Of a stretch of DNA of 60,340 bases, positions 27,097 to 37,420 are shown piece by piece. Source of the DNA: Gammaproteobacteria bacterium (GTDB lineage: Bacteria > Pseudomonadota > Gammaproteobacteria > Steroidobacterales > JABDLF01); NCBI GenBank assembly GCA_041609715.1, contig JBFIQI010000002.1, positions 1-60,340 on the forward strand. The letters run 5' to 3'. The notes beneath the pieces are model-generated. The model did no database searches, had not been told where the DNA came from, and saw only the letters and a list, made by a program, of their open reading frames with translations. The position numbers and the translations under genes are program-made. The stretch's first letter is position 1. Every line of letters begins with the position of its first letter.

Positions 27097-28044
27097 ATGT
27101 CCGCTCTGATCTGCGGTTCCATCGCCTACGACACCATCATGGTGTTCCCCGGGCGGTTCAAGGACCATATTCTGCCCGACAAGATACACCTCCTGAACGT
27201 GTCTTTCCTGGTGCCGAATCTACGTCGCGAGTTCGGTGGTTGTGCCGGCAATATTGCTTTCAACCTGCGCATGCTTGGCGGCGAGGGTCACCCCATGGGT
27301 TGCGTGGGGCGCGACTTTGATGCCTACAGGAACTGGATGAAGGAGTGGCAGGTGAGCCGCAAGTTCGTGCGGGTGCTCGAAGACCAGTATACGGCCCAGG
27401 CCTATATCACCACGGATATGGACGACAACCAGATTACGGCATTTCATCCCGGTGCCATGAACTGTTCGCAGGACCAGGCGGTTCCCACCGACGCGGGCAT
27501 CCGCATTGGCGTGATTGCTCCCGACGGGCGCGCCGGCATGATGATCCATGCCCAACAACTTGCTGAAGCGGGCATACCATTCATCTTTGATCCGGGTCAG
27601 GGCCTGCCCCTGTTCAACGGTGATGAACTCAAGCAGTTTATTGAACAGGCCAGCTGGATTGCGGTCAATGATTACGAATGCCAGCTTTTGCAGGAACGGA
27701 CCGGGCTGTCACCCGCACAGATCGCAGAGCGCGTTAAAGCTCTGGTGGTTACCCGGGGCGGCGAGGGCGCGCATATTTACACGGGTGGCGGTCGCGTGGA
27801 CGTTCCCGCGGTCAAAGCCAGCGAACTGGTTGACCCCACGGGCTGTGGCGATGCGTTTCGTGCCGGGATGTTGTACGGGCTTCTGAACGACCTGGACTGG
27901 GAAACCACGGGCCGCGTCGCAGCGCTGATGGGCAGCATCAAGATAGAGACTCACGGCACCCAGAATCACATCATCGAGGCCGACGATTTCAACCAGAGAT
28001 TCGAGCAGGAATTTGGTTACGCGGTCAATATTGCCGGTCGCTGA
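27097..28044 (+). CDS. PfkB-family carbohydrate/nucleoside kinase (adenosine-kinase-like)
   Basis: 315-aa ORF. ICGSIAYDTIM.F.G.F....L......NVSFLV....EFGGCAGNIA and the C-terminal DPTGCGDAFRAG are ribokinase/PfkB signatures. Confidence 0.8.
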   Translation: MSALICGSIAYDTIMVFPGRFKDHILPDKIHLLNVSFLVPNLRREFGGCAGNIAFNLRMLGGEGHPMGCVGRDFDAYRNWMKEWQVSRKFVRVLEDQYTAQAYITTDMDDNQITAFHPGAMNCSQDQAVPTDAGIRIGVIAPDGRAGMMIHAQQLAEAGIPFIFDPGQGLPLFNGDELKQFIEQASWIAVNDYECQLLQERTGLSPAQIAERVKALVVTRGGEGAHIYTGGGRVDVPAVKASELVDPTGCGDAFRAGMLYGLLNDLDWETTGRVAALMGSIKIETHGTQNHIIEADDFNQRFEQEFGYAVNIAGR

Positions 28045-28065
28045 CCGGAATCGGCAGGCATTTTT

Positions 28066-30867
28066 ATGAGTAAATTTTGGCTGGCACTGGCCGGACTGAT
28101 GCTGGTGTCCGCAGTGGGCGCCGAGGAAGCAGCAAACTGGGCGCAAACCCTGGAGCGTATTTCATCGGGGGTTGTCTCGATTCGCGTTGACGGCACCCGG
28201 GCCTTCGACACCGAGTGGAACCAGACAACCCAGGCCACCGGTTTCGTGGTTGACGCCGAGCGCGGCTTGATACTGACCAATCGTCATGTCGTCATGCCGG
28301 GACCGGTGGTGGCGGAAGCAGTTTTTCTGAACCGGGAAGAAGTCGACCTCAAGCCTATTTATCGTGATCCGGTACATGATTTCGGTTTTTTCCGCTTCGA
28401 CCCCCAAGACCTGAAATTCATCCAGCCCGCCCAGCTGCCGTTGTACCCCCAGGGGGCCCAGGTGGGCAGGGAAATCCGGGTGGTTGGCAATGATGCGGGT
28501 GAGCAACTGTCGATCCTGGCTGGCACCCTTGCCCGCCTCGACCGGCAGGCGCCGGTATACGGCCGCGGCAAGTACAACGATTTCAATACCTTTTATTACC
28601 AGGCTGCCTCCAGCACCTCGGGCGGGTCTTCGGGTTCCCCCGTCATCGATGTGCAGGGTCGTGTGGTGGCGCTGAACGCGGGCGGCACTTCGGGTGCCGC
28701 AACCAGCTTTTATCTGCCTCTGGACCGGGTGCAGAGAGCTCTCAAGCTGATCCAGCAGCAACAAGCCGTAACTCGCGGCACACTCCAGACCGTTTTCGTG
28801 CATACGCCCTTCGATGAACTGCGCCGCCTCGGGCTGCGGCCTGTAACCGAGGCGCAGGTGCGGGCCACATTTCCCAGGCAAACAGGCATGCTGGCGGTAG
28901 CGCAGGTTGTGCGCGGCGGCCCCGCCGAAAACGTGCTGCAGTCCGGCGATATCCTGGTGCGCATCAATGGCCAGCTGCTGGCGGAATTCCTGCCGCTGGA
29001 GTCGATACTGGATACTAGTGTCGGTGAAACCGTGGTTGTGGATATTCAGCGCGGTGGTCGCGAGCGCACCCTGGAACTTGCGGTTCGCGACCTGCATGCC
29101 ATCACGCCGGACGAGTTCATAGAGATTGGCGATACCGTGTTGCATCGTCTTTCTTACCAGCAGGCGCGTCATTTCAATGTGCCGCCCAGGGGTATTTTCG
29201 TGGCCAATGCCGGCTACGTTCTGAGTACCGTTGCGATTCCGCGCGGGGCGGTCATCACGCAGGTTGGCCCACATGAGACCCGCGATGTGGCCGATCTCGA
29301 AAATGCGTTGGCGGAAATCGCCCATAATGACCGCGTGCCGCTGCGATATTTCACCGTGGATGACCCCAAGACCATGCAGCTGCGGGTCATGCGCATGGAT
29401 CGTAACTGGTTCCCGGTGCGCTATTGCCGCCGGGATGACCAGCTCGGCTACTGGCCCTGCCGCGACCTGGATACCGATAAACCGCCCGCCGGGGCGGAGG
29501 GTGGCAGCACCAGTTTCGTCAGCAACGGCGATGTCCGCACTCGCAAGCTGGCGCCGTCGCTGGTGCTGGTCAATTTCGATATGCCGTTTCCCATCTCCGG
29601 TGTTTCAGATCAGCATTATCACGGTACGGGTGTGATCATCGACGCAGCGCGCGGCCTGGTGGTGGTGGACCGCAACACCGTTCCGGTGGCCCTGGGTGAC
29701 GTCAGTTTCACCTTTGCCGGCTCCCTGGAGGTGCCAGGCAGAGTCGAATACGTGCACCCGATTCATAATCTTGCGGTGGTCTCCTATGACCCCGCTTTGG
29801 TCGGCGACACGCCAGTGCGATCCGCAGAGTTCACCAGTGGCGATGTGAGGCCGGGAGAGGCCCTTTGGGTGGTGGGCATCAAGGGCGATCACAAGCTGAT
29901 CGCCCAGGCCACCGAGGTGGCTTCGGTCGACCCGCTGCTGTTGCCTTTGTCGCGCTCGTTTCAGTTTCGCGACACCAATATCGAGACCATCAGTCTGGTG
30001 AATCCGCCGGGCAATGTGGACGGCGTGCTGGCGGACAAGCGCGGCCGGGTGGTGGGTACCTGGTCGAGCTTCGCTTACCAGAGCGGGCGCGACGTTGGCC
30101 AGGTGGTCCGGGGGATTCCGGCAGACCTGGTGACGGAATTGCGGAAAATTGTCAGGGGTGACCGGGTTTTGAGGTCCCTGGAAGCGGAACTGCACCTGCT
30201 GCCACTGGCCAGTGCCCGCAAGCTCGGGCTGCCCGAAAGCTGGAGCCGCCGCCTGGAAACGGTGCAGCCTGACAAGCGCCACGTGTTGCAAGTCAGTCGG
30301 CTGGTACAGGGCAGTGATGCTGCCCGGCTGCTGCGCCCCGGCGACTTGCTGCTGGCCATCGATGGCGCGGTGGTGAAATCATTCCGGGGCGTCGAAAAAG
30401 CGGTGCAGACCGACAAGGTGGCGCTGACCATTTGGCGCGACGCCGCGTTGCAGGAGCTGGAGGTCGAGACCACGCCGCTGCAGGGGGAGGGCATCGAACG
30501 CCTGGTCTACTGGGCAGGCGCCTTGCTGCAGAAACCGCACCGGGCGATGGCGGCCCAGCGTGGTGTCGCACCCGAGGGCGTCTACCTGGCGTACTTCGCT
30601 TACGGCTCGCCGGCCACTCGCTACGGTCTGTGGGCGGGCCGGCGCATCGTTCAGGTTGATGATACGCCGACGCCGGACCTGGACAGCTTCGTGGCGGCAG
30701 TTGCGGATCGCAAGCATCGGGACGCGGTGCGTCTCAAGACTTACACCTGGAACAACGTGCTGGAAGTCATCACCCTCAAACTGGACAATTACTATTTCCC
30801 GGCCTACGAACTGCAGAGGGTTCCTGACGGCTGGGAGCGCAGTCCCATCGGTGAGACATCACAATGA
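28066..30867 (+). CDS. Secreted Nma111/DEG7-like duplicated HtrA-type serine protease (protease-PDZ plus pseudoprotease-PDZ)
   Basis: 933-aa ORF with a signal peptide, MSKFWLALAGLMLVSAVGAEE. Triad contexts are TNRHVV, IYRDPVHDFGFF and GGSSGSPV. The second half is protease-like but its Ser box is replaced (NPPGNVDGVLAD). There are two PDZ-like segments. Confidence 0.8.
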   Translation: MSKFWLALAGLMLVSAVGAEEAANWAQTLERISSGVVSIRVDGTRAFDTEWNQTTQATGFVVDAERGLILTNRHVVMPGPVVAEAVFLNREEVDLKPIYRDPVHDFGFFRFDPQDLKFIQPAQLPLYPQGAQVGREIRVVGNDAGEQLSILAGTLARLDRQAPVYGRGKYNDFNTFYYQAASSTSGGSSGSPVIDVQGRVVALNAGGTSGAATSFYLPLDRVQRALKLIQQQQAVTRGTLQTVFVHTPFDELRRLGLRPVTEAQVRATFPRQTGMLAVAQVVRGGPAENVLQSGDILVRINGQLLAEFLPLESILDTSVGETVVVDIQRGGRERTLELAVRDLHAITPDEFIEIGDTVLHRLSYQQARHFNVPPRGIFVANAGYVLSTVAIPRGAVITQVGPHETRDVADLENALAEIAHNDRVPLRYFTVDDPKTMQLRVMRMDRNWFPVRYCRRDDQLGYWPCRDLDTDKPPAGAEGGSTSFVSNGDVRTRKLAPSLVLVNFDMPFPISGVSDQHYHGTGVIIDAARGLVVVDRNTVPVALGDVSFTFAGSLEVPGRVEYVHPIHNLAVVSYDPALVGDTPVRSAEFTSGDVRPGEALWVVGIKGDHKLIAQATEVASVDPLLLPLSRSFQFRDTNIETISLVNPPGNVDGVLADKRGRVVGTWSSFAYQSGRDVGQVVRGIPADLVTELRKIVRGDRVLRSLEAELHLLPLASARKLGLPESWSRRLETVQPDKRHVLQVSRLVQGSDAARLLRPGDLLLAIDGAVVKSFRGVEKAVQTDKVALTIWRDAALQELEVETTPLQGEGIERLVYWAGALLQKPHRAMAAQRGVAPEGVYLAYFAYGSPATRYGLWAGRRIVQVDDTPTPDLDSFVAAVADRKHRDAVRLKTYTWNNVLEVITLKLDNYYFPAYELQRVPDGWERSPIGETSQ

Positions 30868-32198
30868 ACGCAGAGGCAAAACTGGCGCGCCTTTATCCGG
30901 CACATCTGGCTGCTATCACCGAGCGTGCCGAAAAAGCCCTGGCCGCTGCCGGCTATGACCACCTGGTGGTTTTCTCTGGCAGCGAACGCCTGCGACTGTT
31001 CGATGATGCGCCCTATCCATTCGCTGCCAACCCACAATTCAAGGCCTGGCTGCCGCTGACCGCGCACCCTGATTGTTTTTTGGTATTCACGCCGGGAAAT
31101 AAACCACGACTCGCCTACTTCCAGGCCGACGATTACTGGTACGCGCCGCCGGCAGCACCCGGGGGCTACTGGGCCGAACATTTTGATATCGAGGTTGTGA
31201 AAAACGCCGAGGACGGGCTGTCGATCCTGCCGTCCGCCGGCAACATGGCGGTGCTGGGGGAATTCGCCCGCACGGTGCTCGCGCCTGGCCGGGGCGACCT
31301 GAATCCCGCAAGCCTGCTGGCATGGCTGGATTATCATCGGGCCTGGAAAACTGACTACGAAGTCGAGTGCATGCGCCAGGCGAATCGAGCTGCGACCCGG
31401 GCGCATGCTGTGGCCGAGAGCGCATTTCGCAGCGGCGCATCGGAACTGGAAATTCACCTGGAATATTGCCGAACCGCCGGGCATTCAGAAAACGAGCTAC
31501 CGTATTCCAGTATCGTCGCTATCAATGAACATGGCGCGATCCTGCATTATCAGAACTGGTCGCGTCAGCGCTTGGCTGCTGACGATCTGCACAGCTTTCT
31601 GATCGACGCCGGGGCCAGTTGCAACGGTTACGCCGCGGACGTCACGCGCACCTATGCCGCCAGTGATCCCGGTTTCCAGGAGTTGGTACAGCGCATGGAC
31701 GAGGCCCAGCAACGTCTTTGCAGCGGGGTGCGGCCTGGAGTCGACTATCCTGACATTCACCTGGCCGCACACCAGGAAGTTGCCCGGATTCTCAGCGATA
31801 TGGATATGGTGCGGCTGGCAGCGGACGCTATTTATGACCTTGGCATCACCCGCATGTTTTTTCCCCACGGCGTGGGTCACTACATCGGGCTTCAGGTGCA
31901 CGATGTAGGGGGCTTTCTGGCGGATACCGCCGGAGCGACCATCGAGCGGCCGGATGGGCATCCTTTTTTGCGTCTTACCCGAACCCTGGACACCGGCCAT
32001 GTGATGACCATCGAACCGGGACTTTATTTCATCGATTCCTTGCTCAAAGAGCTGGCGCAGTCGGAGCACCGTGGCGCGGTCAACTGGCAACGAATCGATG
32101 AATTCCGCAAGTTTGGTGGCGTACGGATTGAGGATGACGTTGCGGTCACCGCCGGCGGCCACGAGAACCTGACGCGCGATCAGTTCGCCAGACTGTAG
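30864..32198 (+). CDS. pepQ: Xaa-Pro dipeptidase (prolidase)
   Basis: ATGA overlap with the protease gene. LFDDAPYPFAANPQFKAWLPL, IDAGASCNGYAADVTRT, HGVGHYIGLQVHD and GGVRIEDDV are PepQ/M24B motifs. Confidence 0.92.
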   Translation: MNAEAKLARLYPAHLAAITERAEKALAAAGYDHLVVFSGSERLRLFDDAPYPFAANPQFKAWLPLTAHPDCFLVFTPGNKPRLAYFQADDYWYAPPAAPGGYWAEHFDIEVVKNAEDGLSILPSAGNMAVLGEFARTVLAPGRGDLNPASLLAWLDYHRAWKTDYEVECMRQANRAATRAHAVAESAFRSGASELEIHLEYCRTAGHSENELPYSSIVAINEHGAILHYQNWSRQRLAADDLHSFLIDAGASCNGYAADVTRTYAASDPGFQELVQRMDEAQQRLCSGVRPGVDYPDIHLAAHQEVARILSDMDMVRLAADAIYDLGITRMFFPHGVGHYIGLQVHDVGGFLADTAGATIERPDGHPFLRLTRTLDTGHVMTIEPGLYFIDSLLKELAQSEHRGAVNWQRIDEFRKFGGVRIEDDVAVTAGGHENLTRDQFARL

Positions 32199-33916
32199 CC
32201 GAGAGCGTCAATCCAGGGTTCAAGCGTCGGCAATTCAGGTTCTAAAGCCTGCCGATAGCGGCGCCAGCGATAGCGCGCGCTGCGATACAGCGGCTGGCTG
32301 ACCTGCTCGTAACTTGGAGTATTGATCCGCTCCTGGGGTTCGCGCCGCCGGTGAAATTCGCGCATCGATTCATGCCACTCGAGCCCAATAAATTGCAGCA
32401 TGCTGCTGGCTTCTTGCTGCAGATCATCCACGAGATCCTCGTAACGCACCGTTTGGACTGCCAAGGGCAGCAATTCTCGGTAGCGGTGCCACAATGCCAG
32501 CACCGCGGAATAAAATCGGGTCGTTGATGCCAGATCGGTAAAATTGGCCATGGCGTCGTTAAACTGGAAATTCTGCATCAGGCAGCTCAGACAGGCGTCT
32601 GCAGGATGACGTAGCGCAAAGATAAACCTGGCGCCGGGAAACACCCGCTGGATCAGCCCGGCATTGACAAGGTTGAGAGGCAATTTGTCCACCAGAACCT
32701 GACCGGCCGCCAGGCTCGTCTGCTGACCCGCCAACTCGAAGTAGCGGTCTCGCAGGCCATCGAGTTCAGAGGCGCCCAGCTGCGCCAGCACCTGCGGGAA
32801 AGCACCCTGGGCTGCGAGTTCATGTTCCAGCACCGCGATCACACCACGCTCCTCCATCAGCCGAACCTGGGGATGACATACCAGCAGGCGCTGCAGCAGC
32901 GTGGTTCCCGAACGCGGAAACCCAACCAGAAAAACCGGCTGGTGGTCGAGCGCGGATTGTGGTTTCCCGGGCCAGTCGCGCACCAGCTCCGAAGTGAAGG
33001 TCTCCAGCAGCCGAGTCACCTTCCCGGCGTATTGATTGGGCCCCGGATGCCGGGCCTGCCAGCTTTGACGCCACAGCTTATTGGCTTGTGCTGCGGCTGC
33101 TATGGCGTCTGCTGGCCGGTCGAGCTGGTCAAGAATTTTGGCGCGCTCGTAGGCAAGCGCCATGCGATCCCCAGGCAGCCAGGCCAGGCCAGGCCGATGC
33201 CGCGTAAGGTCAAGTGCCTGTTCCAGCTGTCCCTGCCGTCGGTAGCAGCGACTGGCCACCAGCGCAAGCCGGGGTTCGTCAGGCCACCGGCCGAGCGCCG
33301 TCAGGGCCAACCCTGCAGCAGCCTCGATCTGATTGAGTTCCTCATACCATTGCGCCAGCATGCCGACGGCCTCGGGGCTGTCTGGCGCCAATTGCAGCGT
33401 TTGCTCAAGTTCCCGGGTAACCTCGGCAGGCGGCGCATAGGCTTGCAGACAGAGGGCCAGGTTCAGTCGCACGCCAATATGTCCCGGCTGCTGTTGCAAG
33501 ATTTCCCGGTACAGCGCGCCCGCTTCCCGCGGCGAGCCCGCGTTCATCAGGGTGTCGGCCAGGGTTATTTTGAAGTCCAGCCGCTCCGGCTCCAGCAGCA
33601 CGGCTTCACGCAGCCTGTTGACGGCCGTAGCGAAGTCGTTTCGGGCCGCCAGCAATGTCCCCAGGGTCGCCAGCAGGTGAGCCTGCTGCGGCTGCGCCTG
33701 CAATGCGGTCTCCACCAGGTCCAGGCCCGCTTGTTGCTGGCCGGCATAGAAACGCGCGCTCCCCAGCAAGCCGAGGGCGAGGGCGTTCTGCGGGTCGTCG
33801 TGCAGCACGCGTTCACAGGCCCTGGCGGCGCGTCGAAAGCGTCCCGCCTCCAGATAGCGCGCGGCTTTTTCAAGTCGCCTGGCGGTCAGTGCGGCCTGGG
33901 TCCCCACAGCAGACAT
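32180..33916 (-). CDS. TPR-repeat plus sulfotransferase-domain protein
   Basis: 578-aa ORF. The N-terminal ~300 aa are TPR-like (repeated A..Y...L...P). The C-terminal half carries a PAPS 5'-phosphosulfate loop, PVFLVGFPRSGTTLLQRLL, and ...FIFALRHP.D...S. Confidence 0.75.
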   Translation of the reverse strand: MSAVGTQAALTARRLEKAARYLEAGRFRRAARACERVLHDDPQNALALGLLGSARFYAGQQQAGLDLVETALQAQPQQAHLLATLGTLLAARNDFATAVNRLREAVLLEPERLDFKITLADTLMNAGSPREAGALYREILQQQPGHIGVRLNLALCLQAYAPPAEVTRELEQTLQLAPDSPEAVGMLAQWYEELNQIEAAAGLALTALGRWPDEPRLALVASRCYRRQGQLEQALDLTRHRPGLAWLPGDRMALAYERAKILDQLDRPADAIAAAAQANKLWRQSWQARHPGPNQYAGKVTRLLETFTSELVRDWPGKPQSALDHQPVFLVGFPRSGTTLLQRLLVCHPQVRLMEERGVIAVLEHELAAQGAFPQVLAQLGASELDGLRDRYFELAGQQTSLAAGQVLVDKLPLNLVNAGLIQRVFPGARFIFALRHPADACLSCLMQNFQFNDAMANFTDLASTTRFYSAVLALWHRYRELLPLAVQTVRYEDLVDDLQQEASSMLQFIGLEWHESMREFHRRREPQERINTPSYEQVSQPLYRSARYRWRRYRQALEPELPTLEPWIDALGYSLAN

Positions 33917-33929
33917 CAGACAGGCGCCT

Positions 33930-34409
33930 TCAGGGCTGCAATGCGATCAGCGACGCATTCAGCACCAGGGCAAAACTGATCCAGGCGAGGTAGGGCAGCA
34001 GAAGCGCGCCGGCCAGCCTGCTGGTGCGCCAAAAGCGCACTATGGTGAGCAGCAGGACGATCCACAGCAGGGCGATGTCCAGCAGGGCGAGATCCATACG
34101 CCGCAAGCCGAAAAACAGCGGCGTCCACAGGCCGTTCAGCGCCAGTTGCAAAATGAACAGGCTGAGTGCAATGCGATGCTCGCGCCAGCTGCCGTCGCAC
34201 CAGATCCGCCATGCAGCCACGGCCATGAGCAGATACAGTACGGGCCAGACTACTCCAAACAGCCAGTCCGGCGGGTTAAAACCCGGCTTGACCAGACCGC
34301 GATACCATTCGCCCGGCGGGAATGCGACGCCGATGGCGGCGACGGCAAAGCACATCACCATGAAGACCGCGAGACCGGCCAGGGCGCGTTTTCTGGAGTC
34401 GAATCTCAT
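33930..34409 (-). CDS. tspO: TspO/MBR-family tryptophan-rich sensory protein
   Basis: 159-aa ORF with five hydrophobic helices. WY..L.KP.FNPP.W.F..VW..LY.LM..A.W and LPYL.W..FA..LN are TspO motifs. Confidence 0.88.
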   Translation of the reverse strand: MRFDSRKRALAGLAVFMVMCFAVAAIGVAFPPGEWYRGLVKPGFNPPDWLFGVVWPVLYLLMAVAAWRIWCDGSWREHRIALSLFILQLALNGLWTPLFFGLRRMDLALLDIALLWIVLLLTIVRFWRTSRLAGALLLPYLAWISFALVLNASLIALQP

Positions 34410-36508
34410 GACGGTCGCGCCCCCTGGCCGGGTAATGGGGCGAGCGCCTGGTTAAGGGCCGCAAGCTCGGTAATGGGCGCGAGACAGGTCATGCCTCGAC
34501 AATAGTAAGCCACGGTCGAAGGCAGCGCGCGGCGCTCGGCCAGCATGCCCGGTAAACCGGTGGCATCGGCGGGGATGGCGAAGACTCTGCGTGCGGGAGA
34601 ATACAGGGCCTGGGAAGCCAGCCGCCAGCGCTCCAGTTCATCTCCCGTACCGCGAATGATGACCGTTTCCGCGGGCGCCAGGTGATCCTCAAGCGCATTG
34701 ATGAAGCTGCAGTGGCCCATTGGCATGCGCGACATATTGCCGGCGGCGGCCGCAAGGGCGCGCTCTGCGGCCTCGATGAAACGGGGCTCTCCCAGCAAGT
34801 GGCCGAGCCCGTCGAGGAAGCGGGCCGCAATTGCGTTGCCCGAGGGCGTGGCGTCATCCGTGAAAGGGCGTGGCCTGTGAATCAGTGCTTCGTGATCGTC
34901 GCTGGTAAAAAAGAAACCGCCGTTATCACGATCCTGGAAATGTTCCAGCAGCGCGTCGGCCAGCGCCATCGCGAATTCCAGATCTTCACTACGCCAGCGT
35001 GATTCCAGGAGACGCAGCAAGCCCTGGCCCAGGAAAGCATAGTCGTCAAGATAGGCTCCGAAGCGGGCACGGCCATTTCTCCAGCTGGCGAGCAGGCGAC
35101 CGGAATGCCAGCAGTGGGCACGCAAAAAATCTGCAGCACGGGTGGCGGCTTGAGCAAAAGCAGGTTCCTGCAGGGCAACGGCGGCAGATGCCAGGCCGTC
35201 AATGGCCAGTCCGTTCCAGGCGCTGAGTATTTTGTCGTCCAGGCCGGGCCGGACGCGTACCGCGCGAGCGGCGTACAAAGTTGCACGGGCTGATTCCAGC
35301 CGGGCGCGCACGGTCTCCTCGTCCAAACCGCTTGATTGCGCGATGCTTTCGACATCGGCAAACACGTGCAGATGCCAGCGGCCTTCAAAATTGGGCTTGC
35401 GGTCGAGGCCGAAGCGCTGCGCGAACAGCGCCAGGTCCTGTGCCGACAGTAAAGACTCGATCTCACCGCGGTCCCAAACGTAATAGCGGCCCTCGGTACC
35501 TTCCGAGTCGGCATCCAGCGACGCATAAAAGCCGCCCTCGGGAGCCTGCATCTCCTGGATCATCCACGCTGCGGTACGACGGGCCGTGGCCGAGAATAGG
35601 GCCTCGCCCGTTGCCTGTGCGGCCTGCGCATAAACGGCCAGCAGCTGTGCGTTGTCATAAAGCATCTTTTCGAAGTGCGGAATCATCCAGTAGTCATCAA
35701 CGGCATAACGGTAAAAGCCGCCGCCCAGCTGGTCATTGATGCCGGCTTCCGCCATGCGGCGCAGAGTCAAAGCCGCCATCAACAACGCTTGTGTGTCGGG
35801 TTTGTCATGCAGAGCGCTGGCGCGCCAGTGCCGCAGCAGACGCTCCAGGGCCGGAGCATTGGGGAAGCGCGGTGCTTTGCCGAATCCACCCCACTTTGCG
35901 TCAAAAGTCTCCTCCAGGTCCCGGCGTGCCGCCGAGGCAGCGCTCATATCCAGTTCACCAGTCGTGGGTTCATGACTTTCGAGTCGCTGAAACACTTCGT
36001 TGATGGCATCCGCCTGCTCACGGATTTCGCGCCCATGCTCCCGGTAGTAGCGGGCGACTCGCTCCAGGACTTCCCGGAAACCCGGCAGGCCATGGCGTGG
36101 CGCAGGCGGAAAGTAAGTGCCGCCAAAGAATGGCGTGTGCGTGTCCGGGGTCAGAAACATGGTCAACGGCCAACCCCCAGGTCTCTGCAGCAGCATCTGG
36201 TGGGCCAGCTGGTAAATCCGATCCAGGTCCGGCCGCTCTTCCCGGTCTACTTTGACGTTGACGAACAGGGTATTCATCAGCTGCGCTGTTGCCTCGTCTT
36301 CGAAAGACTCGTGCGCCATGACATGACACCAGTGACAGGCGGAATAGCCGATTGACAACAGGATGGGTTTATCCGCTTCGCGGGCCGCATCCAGGGCAGT
36401 ACCGTCCCAGGGCTGCCAGTGCACGGGGTTACCGGCATGTTGCTGCAGATAGGGACTGGTCTCGTCAGCCAGGCGGTTGCTTGAGCTGCTCATACTTGTT
36501 CTTCGCAT
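34406..36508 (-). CDS. Thioredoxin-domain protein of the YyaL/SPATA20 (DUF255 plus six-hairpin glycosidase-like) family
   Basis: 700-aa [27 protein letters not shown]...[25 protein letters not shown] is the DUF255 signature. An alternative ATG is at 36493. Confidence 0.85.
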   Translation of the reverse strand: MRRTSMSSSSNRLADETSPYLQQHAGNPVHWQPWDGTALDAAREADKPILLSIGYSACHWCHVMAHESFEDEATAQLMNTLFVNVKVDREERPDLDRIYQLAHQMLLQRPGGWPLTMFLTPDTHTPFFGGTYFPPAPRHGLPGFREVLERVARYYREHGREIREQADAINEVFQRLESHEPTTGELDMSAASAARRDLEETFDAKWGGFGKAPRFPNAPALERLLRHWRASALHDKPDTQALLMAALTLRRMAEAGINDQLGGGFYRYAVDDYWMIPHFEKMLYDNAQLLAVYAQAAQATGEALFSATARRTAAWMIQEMQAPEGGFYASLDADSEGTEGRYYVWDRGEIESLLSAQDLALFAQRFGLDRKPNFEGRWHLHVFADVESIAQSSGLDEETVRARLESARATLYAARAVRVRPGLDDKILSAWNGLAIDGLASAAVALQEPAFAQAATRAADFLRAHCWHSGRLLASWRNGRARFGAYLDDYAFLGQGLLRLLESRWRSEDLEFAMALADALLEHFQDRDNGGFFFTSDDHEALIHRPRPFTDDATPSGNAIAARFLDGLGHLLGEPRFIEAAERALAAAAGNMSRMPMGHCSFINALEDHLAPAETVIIRGTGDELERWRLASQALYSPARRVFAIPADATGLPGMLAERRALPSTVAYYCRGMTCLAPITELAALNQALAPLPGQGARPS

Positions 36509-36628
36509 ACCAGGGTGGGCAACACTATAGCGGATTGCATGGCTGTGGACTCGTGGCAGTGGCTTGCCGGAAAAACCCGGCGATCCGGCGCCCTGGAGCC
36601 CCGGGGGCGCATGCTAAACTACCGCGCC

Positions 36629-37420
36629 ATGCTGACCTACCCAAACATCGATCCGGTCGCCATATCGCTGGGCCCGCTCAAAATTCGCTGGTACGGGCTG
36701 ATGTATCTCATCGGTTTCCTGGCGGCCTGGGCGCTGCTGCGCAGGCGCGCCCGGGACGCGCGAACGGCATTCAGCGTCGCGCATGTGGAAGACATTATTT
36801 TTTACGGTGTGCTGGGCGTCATCGTGGGCGGACGCCTCGGTTCCATGCTGTTTTACAACTTCGACAATTTGCTGGCAGATCCTCTGAGCCTGCTACGGGT
36901 CTGGGAAGGCGGCATGTCGTTTCACGGGGGCCTGCTCGGGGTGCTGGTGGCGATGTATCTGTTTGCCAGGAAGCATGAGTTCGGCTTCTGGCAGGTGGTT
37001 GATTTTATTACCCCGGTCGTTCCAGTGGGCCTGGGTGCCGGGCGTATCGGCAACTTCATAAACGGAGAATTATGGGGCAAAGCCACTGATGTGCCCTGGG
37101 CGGTTGTAGTCAACGGTACGCCCCGTCATGCCAGTCAGCTTTACGAAGCATTGCTCGAAGGTCTGGTCATGTTTGTGGTGCTGTGGATTTACTCGTCGAG
37201 ACCACGCCCGGTTATGGCAGTCTCTGGTATGTTCGCGCTGCTCTACGGGGTGTTCCGGATAGCCGTGGAATTTGTCCGGTTGCCGGATGCCGACATTGGC
37301 TACCTGGCGCTGGGCTGGGTCACCATGGGCCAGCTGTTATCCCTGCCGCTGGTGCTGGTGGGTGTGGCGCTGCTTTATTTTGCTTACTCGAACAAGGCGG
37401 GCAATGAAACAATATCTTGA
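36629..37420 (+). CDS. lgt: Prolipoprotein diacylglyceryl transferase
   Basis: [30 protein letters not shown] resembles the E. coli Lgt N-terminus. GGRLG...[11 protein letters not shown] and [13 protein letters not shown] are also present. The ORF track starts upstream at 36515; another ATG is at 36611. Confidence 0.9.
   Translation: MLTYPNIDPVAISLGPLKIRWYGLMYLIGFLAAWALLRRRARDARTAFSVAHVEDIIFYGVLGVIVGGRLGSMLFYNFDNLLADPLSLLRVWEGGMSFHGGLLGVLVAMYLFARKHEFGFWQVVDFITPVVPVGLGAGRIGNFINGELWGKATDVPWAVVVNGTPRHASQLYEALLEGLVMFVVLWIYSSRPRPVMAVSGMFALLYGVFRIAVEFVRLPDADIGYLALGWVTMGQLLSLPLVLVGVALLYFAYSNKAGNETIS

Noticed and set aside
28162-30291. Minus-strand ORFs 28162-29325 (387 aa) and 29605-30291 (228 aa) inside the protease gene
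   Set aside because: They lie antisense to the 933-aa Nma111-like ORF, which has coherent domain architecture. The antisense products are low-complexity and Arg/His/Gln-rich.
32822-33979. 385-aa plus-strand ORF opposite the TPR-sulfotransferase gene
   Set aside because: Antisense artefact. It has no motifs, whereas the minus frame has a PAPS loop and TPR periodicity.
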